DNA of 64,000 nt, taken from NCBI GenBank assembly GCA_040954595.2, contig CM082596.2:9444461-9508460 (forward strand). The letters run 5' to 3'. This DNA comes from Balanoglossus misakiensis. Lineage: Eukaryota > Animalia > Hemichordata. The notes under the pieces were generated by a model. It saw only the letters and a list, made by a program, of their open reading frames with translations. It had not been told where the DNA came from and did no database searches. The position numbers and the translations under genes are program-made. Each line of letters starts with the position of its first letter. The stretch's first letter is position 1. Below, in pieces: positions 51,558 to 60,863 of the stretch.

Positions 51558-53921
51558 CTACCAGTCCTTTTTGTTGATACCAGTGGGTGAAAGGGTACCG
51601 AGTGCATTAATAATTTTGAGTTCCAGTTGCTTTCTTATTTTGTCGTGTCTCGAATATACTTTGCACAGACCAGTGAATTGGAAATGGTCAATGTTGTGAT
51701 CAGGTTCATGGAAGTGATGAGCGACTAGAGTGTCTTTGTGTGTACGGATACTGTAAAGGTGTTCGTTGATTCTGATACGGAGTTCCCGTTTTGTTTCCCC
51801 GATGTACAATTTGTCGCATTTGATACAGACGATGGCATAAATGATGTTGCGAGTATTACATGTCAGTTGGCCGATGATATGATGCGATTTGTTATTCACC
51901 TTGTTGATTAATTTGTGTTCATTGGTCTGGATCATAAATTTGCATGTTCTACAGTTGTTACAGGGTTTACAGAGTCCTGGGTCAGCGTCTTTAGTTCTTG
52001 TCTTAAGGCCGGCTCTGACTATCATCTTCCTTAGGTTGGGTGGTTGTCTATAAGCGACAAAAGGGGGCGCGGTGAATGTATCCCTTGTAGACTGATTAGA
52101 TGCAAGTATGTGCCAGTGCTTTCTAATTATTGTCGATATGCTGGGAAGGGCCGGGTGGTGTGTGATGACAAATGGTATACGTTCGGATGAGTTGGTGTTT
52201 TTGTCTTGGTAGTTGATGAGTCGGTCACGTGGGATGCTTCTTACTTGATTGATGGCATTAGAGATCGCTGATTTTTTGTAGTTGCGTTGGATGAAGTGGT
52301 CCTGAAGTTTCTTGGTTTCTTCATTGTAGAGATCTGTTGTAGAGCAGATGCGTCTATATCGCAGGGCCTGTCCCTTGGGGATCGCTTTAAAGATATGGCG
52401 TGGATGGCAGGATGATGGAAGTAGATACGTGTGCTTGTCAGTAGGTTTGCTGTAGATGGTCGTATGAATAGTGTTATCCTTGATCATCATATTGGTGTCC
52501 AGAAATGGAACTTCAAGTGGGCTGTGTTCTATGGTGAATTTCAGGGATGGGTGGATGGAGTTGCAGTATTCATGGAATTTAACAAGTTGGTCGGGCCCAT
52601 GAGTCCAAATATAGCGGATGTCATCAATGAATCTTTTCCAATTTTGTGGTTGTAGAGGACAGTTGGCAAGGATGTATTTTTCTAGTTTGCCCATAGCGAT
52701 GTTCGCATAGGAAGGCGCGACCTTACTGCCCATGGCTGTGCCGTGAACTTGCAGATAGAATCTCTCGTTGAATTGGAAGTAGTTTTTGGTGAGAATGAAT
52801 TCGAGCATTTCTGTGATGAGCGTAGGGTTAGGTGTGGTGATGTTGTGTTCCTCCAAAGCTTCCTGTACTGCTTGGATGCCGTAGTCGTGGGGTATATTGG
52901 TGTACAGAGAAACGACGTCCATGGTGACGAGGATGCTATTGTCCGGTACTGTGCTATTTTCTATGTCCTGCAGGTGGTGAGTGGTGTCCTTGAGGTATGA
53001 TGGAAGCTTTTTGACGATGGGTTGAAGGATGTGATCGACATATTGTGCAAGTGGGGTGGTGACGGCTTGGTGCTGTGGTACTATGGGGCGAAGTGGTGAA
53101 TTTTGTTTGTGAATTTTCGGCAGACCATAGAAGTTGCCTGGTTTGGGTTCTTTTTGTATGAGTTTTTTGGCGATGTCCTGTGGGATCCATTTCTTGTTCA
53201 TCCATTTCTTTACCTTCTTCTCAAGTTCATTTTGGTATTGGTTTGTGGGGTCATGGTCTAGTTCTCTGTAGAATAAACGGTCTTGTAGTATGTTCTGACA
53301 TGTATCAATGTAGCTTGCTGTGTCCATGACTACAATACCCCCACCTTTGTCGGCCGGTTTAATTGTGAGGTCCGCCCTGTCGACAAGTTTTCGGAGAGCA
53401 GCTCTTTCTTCTTTGCTGATATTATCATAAGTTTTCTTGCGAATCTTATCATTTAGGACTTCTTCTTCGACGGCAGTGAGGAAAGCTTCTAGGGTGGTAC
53501 TTTCATTCGGAGGTGGGTTAAAGCCAGATTTCTCCCGATTAAATGGACCACACTTGATCGGTTGTATAGCATTTTGGTCGTCATGTCTGTTTCTGTATTT
53601 ATAGCGTAATCTGCATTTTCGTTTGAATTCTTGAATGTCGGAGTAGAGTTCTCTGGTATTAATATTTGTGGGGGTCGGGCAGAATGTAAGACCTTTGGAG
53701 AGCACACTTACTTCCGCTGGGGTAAGTTGACTTGAGGAGAGGTTGGTGACTGTTGAAATCGTGTCCTGTGCAGCTGTTTGTTTTGACTTGGCCTTCGTTC
53801 TTGGTCTGTTATTGCGTCGGTTCCTGGAAAAGTGTCGAAGTGGTTTCTTTCTGTGATTATCGCCGTGTTTGTTCTTTTGTAGGAGAAGTTGAAATTTATG
53901 ATGTTGTTGGTTTTGTCGCAA
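51558..53921 (-). CDS. 5'-truncated Penelope RT-GIY-YIG ORF (inverted copy)
   Basis: Same protein as 54850-57600 from RQNQQ onward, with one visible D/E difference (RDTF vs RETF); lacks the natural start. Confidence 0.85.
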   Translation of the reverse strand: MRQNQQHHKFQLLLQKNKHGDNHRKKPLRHFSRNRRNNRPRTKAKSKQTAAQDTISTVTNLSSSQLTPAEVSVLSKGLTFCPTPTNINTRELYSDIQEFKRKCRLRYKYRNRHDDQNAIQPIKCGPFNREKSGFNPPPNESTTLEAFLTAVEEEVLNDKIRKKTYDNISKEERAALRKLVDRADLTIKPADKGGGIVVMDTASYIDTCQNILQDRLFYRELDHDPTNQYQNELEKKVKKWMNKKWIPQDIAKKLIQKEPKPGNFYGLPKIHKQNSPLRPIVPQHQAVTTPLAQYVDHILQPIVKKLPSYLKDTTHHLQDIENSTVPDNSILVTMDVVSLYTNIPHDYGIQAVQEALEEHNITTPNPTLITEMLEFILTKNYFQFNERFYLQVHGTAMGSKVAPSYANIAMGKLEKYILANCPLQPQNWKRFIDDIRYIWTHGPDQLVKFHEYCNSIHPSLKFTIEHSPLEVPFLDTNMMIKDNTIHTTIYSKPTDKHTYLLPSSCHPRHIFKAIPKGQALRYRRICSTTDLYNEETKKLQDHFIQRNYKKSAISNAINQVRSIPRDRLINYQDKNTNSSERIPFVITHHPALPSISTIIRKHWHILASNQSTRDTFTAPPFVAYRQPPNLRKMIVRAGLKTRTKDADPGLCKPCNNCRTCKFMIQTNEHKLINKVNNKSHHIIGQLTCNTRNIIYAIVCIKCDKLYIGETKRELRIRINEHLYSIRTHKDTLVAHHFHEPDHNIDHFQFTGLCKVYSRHDKIRKQLELKIINALGTLSPTGINKKDW

Positions 53922-54400
53922 ATGTCAACGCATCATATCATCGGCCAACTGACATGTAATACTCGCAACATCATTTATGCCATCGTCTGTATCAAATGCG
54001 ACAAATTGTACATCGGGGAAACAAAACGGGAACTCCGTATCAGAATCAACGAACACCTTTACAGTATCCGTACACACAAAGACACTCTAGTCGCTCATCA
54101 CTTCCATGAACCTGATCACAACATTGACCATTTCCAATTCACTGGTCTGTGCAAAGTATATTCGAGACACGACAAAATAAGAAAGCAACTGGAACTCAAA
54201 ATTATTAATGCACTCGGTACCCTTTCACCCACTGGTATCAACAAAAAGGACTGGTAGAACTTTTTTCTTTCATTCATATTCATATTTTTCCCACCACCTA
54301 TAGTCTTTGTTTACTGCTAGGCAGTCCGTTTGATTTTTCCTCCCACACTAGGGAGTCCTCTTTGTCTTTATTCAGACCACATTCAGACCATCACCGCTGA

Positions 54401-54616
54401 GTAAGTTTCTTTTGTCTTGTCTCTCTACATTTATTTTTATCATTCCGTTTTACAAGTTGTCATTTTACTCAAGTCTAATTTTTTGTCCGCATGTCCAACT
54501 GCAGTTCCGACTGTTTTTAATTTTGTCTTCGTTTCAGACTTTATTTTTACAATACTCAATGAGATTTTGACCATACAGCTCATTTTTATTTTCCACCTAC
54601 ATTTTGCTATTTTTAG
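54401..54616 (+). other. Candidate retained intron in the Penelope pLTR
   Basis: GTAAGT donor at 54401, pyrimidine-rich body, TTTTTAG acceptor at 54616 directly before the hammerhead; Penelope pLTR introns are known. Confidence 0.6.
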
Positions 54617-54618
54617 AT

Positions 54619-54656
54619 CCCTGAAGAAGATCCTCAGTGAAGGATCGAAACGTTGG
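54619..54656 (+). ncRNA. Minimal hammerhead ribozyme motif in 5' pLTR
   Basis: CC-CTGAAGA-A-GATCC-TCAGTGAA-GGATC-GAAAC-GTT-GG: CUGAnGA core, stem II, GAAA, palindromic AACGTT stem III, as described for Penelope pLTRs. Confidence 0.8.
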
Positions 54657-54849
54657 TAGAACAAGTTTTTAACAATAAAACTTTTTATGAAACCCGACGC
54701 TTGTCTCCTCATCGAACTCATCCATACTACTCAAGCAGCCGAGTTTCACCATTGGGAACACATACTGTAGTTGGACTGACCCTGTTTTACTATACAAACT
54801 CAAACTGTCAACTCAGTGAAGTCCGGTGTATCCTTAGGATCCTACAGCC

Positions 54850-57600
54850 ATGGCCCCTCATCTAGATTTGAGCAAAATCCAGTGGACCTTTTTCAACAAG
54901 CTCAAGAGACTTGAACAAAGAAAAATCCACCTTGAATGCCATAACAAGAACCTTACTCAACACCTGAAGCGGAATGTGACACCGAAAGGACTGGTAATCA
55001 AAATTCGACCAAATGTCAATGCCTCCAGTGAACATTTCTATACAAAGTGGTTTAACACCTTACAACGAACACAAAGATCTTGCATGAATATGCTAATTAT
55101 GGAGAACAAAAGAGTGTTAATCACAGTTAAAAGCAATATCACCAATTTGAAAGCTGACATTGAACAGAGATTCAACGCCGCTACCCTGAAACAGATGCAA
55201 GACAACCTGTCTACGTACACAACCAAAATAAGACATTTGCGACAAAACCAACAACATCATAAATTTCAACTTCTCCTACAAAAGAACAAACACGGCGATA
55301 ATCACAGAAAGAAACCACTTCGACACTTTTCCAGGAACCGACGCAATAACAGACCAAGAACGAAGGCCAAGTCAAAACAAACAGCTGCACAGGACACGAT
55401 TTCAACAGTCACCAACCTCTCCTCAAGTCAACTTACCCCAGCGGAAGTAAGTGTGCTCTCCAAAGGTCTTACATTCTGCCCGACCCCCACAAATATTAAT
55501 ACCAGAGAACTCTACTCCGACATTCAAGAATTCAAACGAAAATGCAGATTACGCTATAAATACAGAAACAGACATGACGACCAAAATGCTATACAACCGA
55601 TCAAGTGTGGTCCATTTAATCGGGAGAAATCTGGCTTTAACCCACCTCCGAATGAAAGTACCACCCTAGAAGCTTTCCTCACTGCCGTCGAAGAAGAAGT
55701 CCTAAATGATAAGATTCGCAAGAAAACTTATGATAATATCAGCAAAGAAGAAAGAGCTGCTCTCCGAAAACTTGTCGACAGGGCGGACCTCACAATTAAA
55801 CCGGCCGACAAAGGTGGGGGTATTGTAGTCATGGACACAGCAAGCTACATTGATACATGTCAGAACATACTACAAGACCGTTTATTCTACAGAGAACTAG
55901 ACCATGACCCCACAAACCAATACCAAAATGAACTTGAGAAGAAGGTAAAGAAATGGATGAACAAGAAATGGATCCCACAGGACATCGCCAAAAAACTCAT
56001 ACAAAAAGAACCCAAACCAGGCAACTTCTATGGTCTGCCGAAAATTCACAAACAAAATTCACCACTTCGCCCCATAGTACCACAGCACCAAGCCGTCACC
56101 ACCCCACTTGCACAATATGTCGATCACATCCTTCAACCCATCGTCAAAAAGCTTCCATCATACCTCAAGGACACCACTCACCACCTGCAGGACATAGAAA
56201 ATAGCACAGTACCGGACAATAGCATCCTCGTCACCATGGACGTCGTTTCTCTGTACACCAATATACCCCACGACTACGGCATCCAAGCAGTACAGGAAGC
56301 TTTGGAGGAACACAACATCACCACACCTAACCCTACGCTCATCACAGAAATGCTCGAATTCATTCTCACCAAAAACTACTTCCAATTCAACGAGAGATTC
56401 TATCTGCAAGTTCACGGCACAGCCATGGGCAGTAAGGTCGCGCCTTCCTATGCGAACATCGCTATGGGCAAACTAGAAAAATACATCCTTGCCAACTGTC
56501 CTCTACAACCACAAAATTGGAAAAGATTCATTGATGACATCCGCTATATTTGGACTCATGGGCCCGACCAACTTGTTAAATTCCATGAATACTGCAACTC
56601 CATCCACCCATCCCTGAAATTCACCATAGAACACAGCCCACTTGAAGTTCCATTTCTGGACACCAATATGATGATCAAGGATAACACTATTCATACGACC
56701 ATCTACAGCAAACCTACTGACAAGCACACGTATCTACTTCCATCATCCTGCCATCCACGCCATATCTTTAAAGCGATCCCCAAGGGACAGGCCCTGCGAT
56801 ATAGACGCATCTGCTCTACAACAGATCTCTACAATGAAGAAACCAAGAAACTTCAGGACCACTTCATCCAACGCAACTACAAAAAATCAGCGATCTCTAA
56901 TGCCATCAATCAAGTAAGAAGCATCCCACGTGACCGACTCATCAACTACCAAGACAAAAACACCAACTCATCCGAACGTATACCATTTGTCATCACACAC
57001 CACCCGGCCCTTCCCAGCATATCGACAATAATTAGAAAGCACTGGCACATACTTGCATCTAATCAGTCTACAAGGGAGACATTCACCGCGCCCCCTTTTG
57101 TCGCTTATAGACAACCACCCAACCTAAGGAAGATGATAGTCAGAGCCGGCCTTAAGACAAGAACTAAAGACGCTGACCCAGGACTCTGTAAACCCTGTAA
57201 CAACTGTAGAACATGCAAATTTATGATCCAGACCAATGAACACAAATTAATCAACAAGGTGAATAACAAATCGCATCATATCATCGGCCAACTGACATGT
57301 AATACTCGCAACATCATTTATGCCATCGTCTGTATCAAATGCGACAAATTGTACATCGGGGAAACAAAACGGGAACTCCGTATCAGAATCAACGAACACC
57401 TTTACAGTATCCGTACACACAAAGACACTCTAGTCGCTCATCACTTCCATGAACCTGATCACAACATTGACCATTTCCAATTCACTGGTCTGTGCAAAGT
57501 ATATTCGAGACACGACAAAATAAGAAAGCAACTGGAACTCAAAATTATTAATGCACTCGGTACCCTTTCACCCACTGGTATCAACAAAAAGGACTGGTAG
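54850..57600 (+). CDS. Penelope/Poseidon reverse transcriptase with C-terminal GIY-YIG endonuclease (916 aa, intact)
   Basis: KPADKGG, YGLPKIHK, PLRPIV, MDVVSLYTNIP, GTAMGS, RFIDDI, FLD; C-terminal CxxC...NIIY.I.C..C..LYIGETKR.LR.R..EH. Confidence 0.97.
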   Translation: MAPHLDLSKIQWTFFNKLKRLEQRKIHLECHNKNLTQHLKRNVTPKGLVIKIRPNVNASSEHFYTKWFNTLQRTQRSCMNMLIMENKRVLITVKSNITNLKADIEQRFNAATLKQMQDNLSTYTTKIRHLRQNQQHHKFQLLLQKNKHGDNHRKKPLRHFSRNRRNNRPRTKAKSKQTAAQDTISTVTNLSSSQLTPAEVSVLSKGLTFCPTPTNINTRELYSDIQEFKRKCRLRYKYRNRHDDQNAIQPIKCGPFNREKSGFNPPPNESTTLEAFLTAVEEEVLNDKIRKKTYDNISKEERAALRKLVDRADLTIKPADKGGGIVVMDTASYIDTCQNILQDRLFYRELDHDPTNQYQNELEKKVKKWMNKKWIPQDIAKKLIQKEPKPGNFYGLPKIHKQNSPLRPIVPQHQAVTTPLAQYVDHILQPIVKKLPSYLKDTTHHLQDIENSTVPDNSILVTMDVVSLYTNIPHDYGIQAVQEALEEHNITTPNPTLITEMLEFILTKNYFQFNERFYLQVHGTAMGSKVAPSYANIAMGKLEKYILANCPLQPQNWKRFIDDIRYIWTHGPDQLVKFHEYCNSIHPSLKFTIEHSPLEVPFLDTNMMIKDNTIHTTIYSKPTDKHTYLLPSSCHPRHIFKAIPKGQALRYRRICSTTDLYNEETKKLQDHFIQRNYKKSAISNAINQVRSIPRDRLINYQDKNTNSSERIPFVITHHPALPSISTIIRKHWHILASNQSTRETFTAPPFVAYRQPPNLRKMIVRAGLKTRTKDADPGLCKPCNNCRTCKFMIQTNEHKLINKVNNKSHHIIGQLTCNTRNIIYAIVCIKCDKLYIGETKRELRIRINEHLYSIRTHKDTLVAHHFHEPDHNIDHFQFTGLCKVYSRHDKIRKQLELKIINALGTLSPTGINKKDW

Positions 57601-57961
57601 AACTTTTTTCTTTCATTCATATTCATATTTTTCCCACCACCTATAGTCTTTGTTTACTGCTAGGCAGTCCGTTTGATTTTTCCTCCCACACTAGGGAGTC
57701 CTCTTTGTCTTTATTCAGACCACATTCAGACCATCACCGCTGAGTAAGTTTCTTTTGTCTTGTCTCTCTACATTTATTTTTATCATTCCGTTTTACAAGT
57801 TGTCATTTTACTCAAGTCTAATTTTTTGTCCGCATGTCCAACTGCAGTTCCGACTGTTTTTAATTTTGTCTTCGTTTCAGACTTTATTTTTACAATACTC
57901 AATGAGATTTTGACCATACAGCTCATTTTTATTTTCCACCTACATTTTGCTATTTTTAGAT

Positions 57962-57999
57962 CCCTGAAGAAGATCCTCAGTGAAGGATCGAAACGTTGG
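57962..57999 (+). ncRNA. Minimal hammerhead ribozyme motif in 3' pLTR
   Basis: Identical to 54619-54656. Confidence 0.8.
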
Positions 58000-58143
58000 T
58001 AGAACAAGTTTTTAACAATAAAACTTTTTATGAAACCCGACGCTTGTCTCCTCATCGAACTCATCCATACTACTCAAGCAGCCGAGTTTCACCATTGGGA
58101 ACACATACTGTAGTTGGACTGACCCTGTTTTACTATACAAACT

Positions 58144-58479
58144 GAAGCCTTTTACCTGAACGTGCCAACTGATGTTGGTTCGAGACCACTTTTTTCTATT
58201 TCTTTTTTCTTGTAAGAACTTTTAAAGACATCATCATTGTAATTTTTATCATTTTCATAAATCCAATTCATTTCAATCTTCCTCTCTGCTGAGCACTCCG
58301 TATTCAGACTTTCCTAAGTGAACTGCGACAAAAAAAGACCAAGTTTCCCTGCATGTTTCTTATACCCGACAGATAAAAAACGCAGCGTAGATATTGAAAT
58401 GAATTGGATTTATGAAAATGATAAAAATTACAATGGCAATGTCGTTAAAAGTTCTCTAAAAAATAGAAAAAAAGTGGTC
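58144..58479. repeat. Pol III-like satellite, block 4, with internal inversion junction near 58279
   Basis: 58144-58278 continues block 3 orientation; 58279-58479 is in block 1 orientation and stops at AAAGTGGTC inside the B-box. Confidence 0.85.
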
Positions 58480-58681
58480 GATGCAGACGTGTCGAACGAG
58501 AGCTATGCTAGTCGTGTTTAATCTGACCGATTTGGTGCCATCCGGACTCAATACTTACGCCTTTGGATATACTGGTGCTGGTATAAGTGCTATTTGGACA
58601 AATTTTCAAGGTATTTTGAAGATTTGTTGAGTTTTCAAATCTTCTTTTTTTTGCCACGTCACCCGGCAGGGCGTCGCCAAT

Positions 58682-60861
58682 ATGGCTGCCCTGCCTGGCT
58701 CGCCGGGTGCTCGTCAGCGGAGTGAAAGGCCTATATGTCGGACTTCCTCAAAGACTGCCTCTAGATTGAACACAATCTGTATTAACGATGAGGATTACTC
58801 GCCCATTCAATTAATAAGAGCCGTGAAAGAGAAAACTGGACAGAGCAGTGTCATTGCATGTGTGAAAGTCAACGGACTCTGGCAAATGACACTACAAGAC
58901 AATGAAGACACACCACTGGTGCTGGATGAGGGCTTTGCTGTTGACGGAAGTCCTGTCGACGTTCAAGGCCTAGTGCGTAATTTGTTAACTGTTTCTTTTT
59001 TCAACGTTCCTGCGTATACAACAGATGATGAAATAACGGATAAATTAAAAGAATATGGATGTAATATCAGAGGACCAGTCGTAAGGAAATACTACGAAGA
59101 GGAACCTGAGGTAGAGACAGGAACACGATTTGTACGTATTGAATTGCCGGTATCTGTAAAATCTCTTCCCTACAGTCAGGACGTAAGTGGGGTAATTAAA
59201 CAGCAGGGGATCATGCAAAGCAAACACTTGAACTGGCCAGTAACGTTTGAATTGCTCATTTGCATACAGTTTTTCAACTTTTTTCACAACGAAAGTTAAG
59301 CAACTTGCAACCCATTTCTGACAATTATTTCACCCCAGGCACATTACTGGTACTATGAGTGTACTACATGTGATTTTTCATGAAGTTTTATCGAGAAGAA
59401 TTTCTTTACTTCCACTGACAAAATTGTGATCACGAAATTCAAAGTGACCTTGAAGTTAAAAAATCAAAAAAAAAATATCAGCCATACCCACACAAAAATT
59501 AACCCCCTCAGGTTTTAGAAACATTATTAAACTCCTCTATTCATAATTTTGACATGAATATATCCATGCCGAGAGTCAAGGACCACAATTTACAGTGCCA
59601 TAGGTCAGTCCTGAGAAGTCAGTCAGCGTGAATAGTGTATAGATTCCGTATGTAATATGCTAATGAGAGATAACGATGCGTTGTAAAGGAAGCCATTACG
59701 TCATGGGTTAACATGCGTTGACCTACTTCAATGCATACACATATGGCAAACACGGCTGTACTCGTCGATGGCGAAGGCAATTTTTACACCGTCATTACTC
59801 CACAAGGGAGCGGCTCACACTATTATAATTTCACGGTAACTTAGTTCAATATCTTCCTAACCTACCCAATTTTTTTCAAGACAAGAAATCTTTGCCGAGA
59901 GTCAAGGACCACAATTTAAACCAACATACCGAAACTGTCTTTCTCGGGAACGCGTCGTTAAAACTTCACGAAAAATCATCCTATCATTGACTATGGTGTT
60001 TCATACACGTCTTAGAAAAATGGGTGCACTACGATCACTTGTAGTACCGAAAATCTCCGTTTGAAAATTTTTCGAACTGGCCGTAACTGCCACTCAGCGA
60101 CGTTCACATTCAAATAGATCTCTTTGATCTCACCGCCGTAATTACCCCACTTACGTCCTGACTGTATGCTGTCAAGTTTGAACGTAATGGTCCCTATGTT
60201 CAATTGTTACATTCTAATCAGTCTAAAGTCTGCAACTATTGCTTGGATTCTTCGCACCTTATATACAACTGCCCGAAATATGAATGAAAACGCTGCCATG
60301 AAAAGGGTCATCTAGAACGTGCCTGTGGAAATTACAGATGTTATAAATGTTACAGAGTCGGCCATAGGGCAAAGGAATGTGAAGCTGAAATACATGGTGA
60401 TGGTGATGTATACATTATCCAACAATATTCTGATGAAGAGGAACAAGTGGAGGATCACAACATCGACTAGGAACAGGTAAATGACAGACATTGGAAGTGA
60501 ACAACAAATAGCAGAACAATGCAGTGTACAGAAACGAGCAAGCGACGTGCAAGCTGAGGAACAGCAAACATCAGCAGATGAGCGGCTGCAGGATCATGGA
60601 GAGGACATTTCACTACACCAAACAACAACAGTAGCAGAACAGGAACAAAGTCAACAAAACAGTGAAATGGAAGTAGATGAAACAGCAATCCCAAACTGCC
60701 AGGTTAAACGCCGCAAATCAGATGACATGAACTCTAAAGACACTGAGCTTCAAGCCAACAAAACAGGTAGACCCCCGAAAAAACGTTTTACACCAAATTT
60801 AGTAGAACGAAAAAAGCCACAAAATGATGATAAGGATAAACAAAAATGCACTAGTAAATAA
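58682..60861 (+). pseudogene. LINE ORF1 (RRM-like region + three CCHC zinc knuckles), split by a MITE
   Basis: VSFFNVP...ETGTRFVRI...SLPY|AVKF; knuckles CNYCLDSSHLIYNC, *KRCHEKGHLERAC, CYKCYRVGHRAKEC; in-frame stops near 60284 and 60468. Confidence 0.85.
59173..60164. mobile_element. ~1-kb MITE with perfect 26-bp TIRs and TA TSD (Tc1/mariner-type ends)
   Basis: TA|CAGTCAGGACGTAAGTGGGGTAATTA...TAATTACCCCACTTACGTCCTGACTG|TA; body closely matches the reverse complement of 33887-34847. Confidence 0.92.
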
Positions 60862-60863
60862 CA

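Larger units (their letters stand above)
51096..58143. mobile_element. Penelope-like retroelement: inverted 5'-truncated copy plus pLTR-ORF-pLTR, 10-bp TSD
   Basis: 51096-53926 is the reverse complement of ~55232-58062; 53929-54800 is directly repeated at 57272-58143 (3343-bp period); TSD GAAGCCTTTT at 51086-51095 and 58144-58153. Confidence 0.96.

Noticed and set aside
53889-54257. Stand-alone GIY-YIG nuclease gene
   Set aside because: It is the ORF end contained in the 5' direct repeat of Penelope, fused by chance to the inverted copy.
31453-58480. Strict sequence-specific targeting by the Tx1-like LINE
   Set aside because: The two copies join the satellite at different positions and in opposite relative orientations, no TSD is identifiable, and the 3' end of copy 2 is outside the window.
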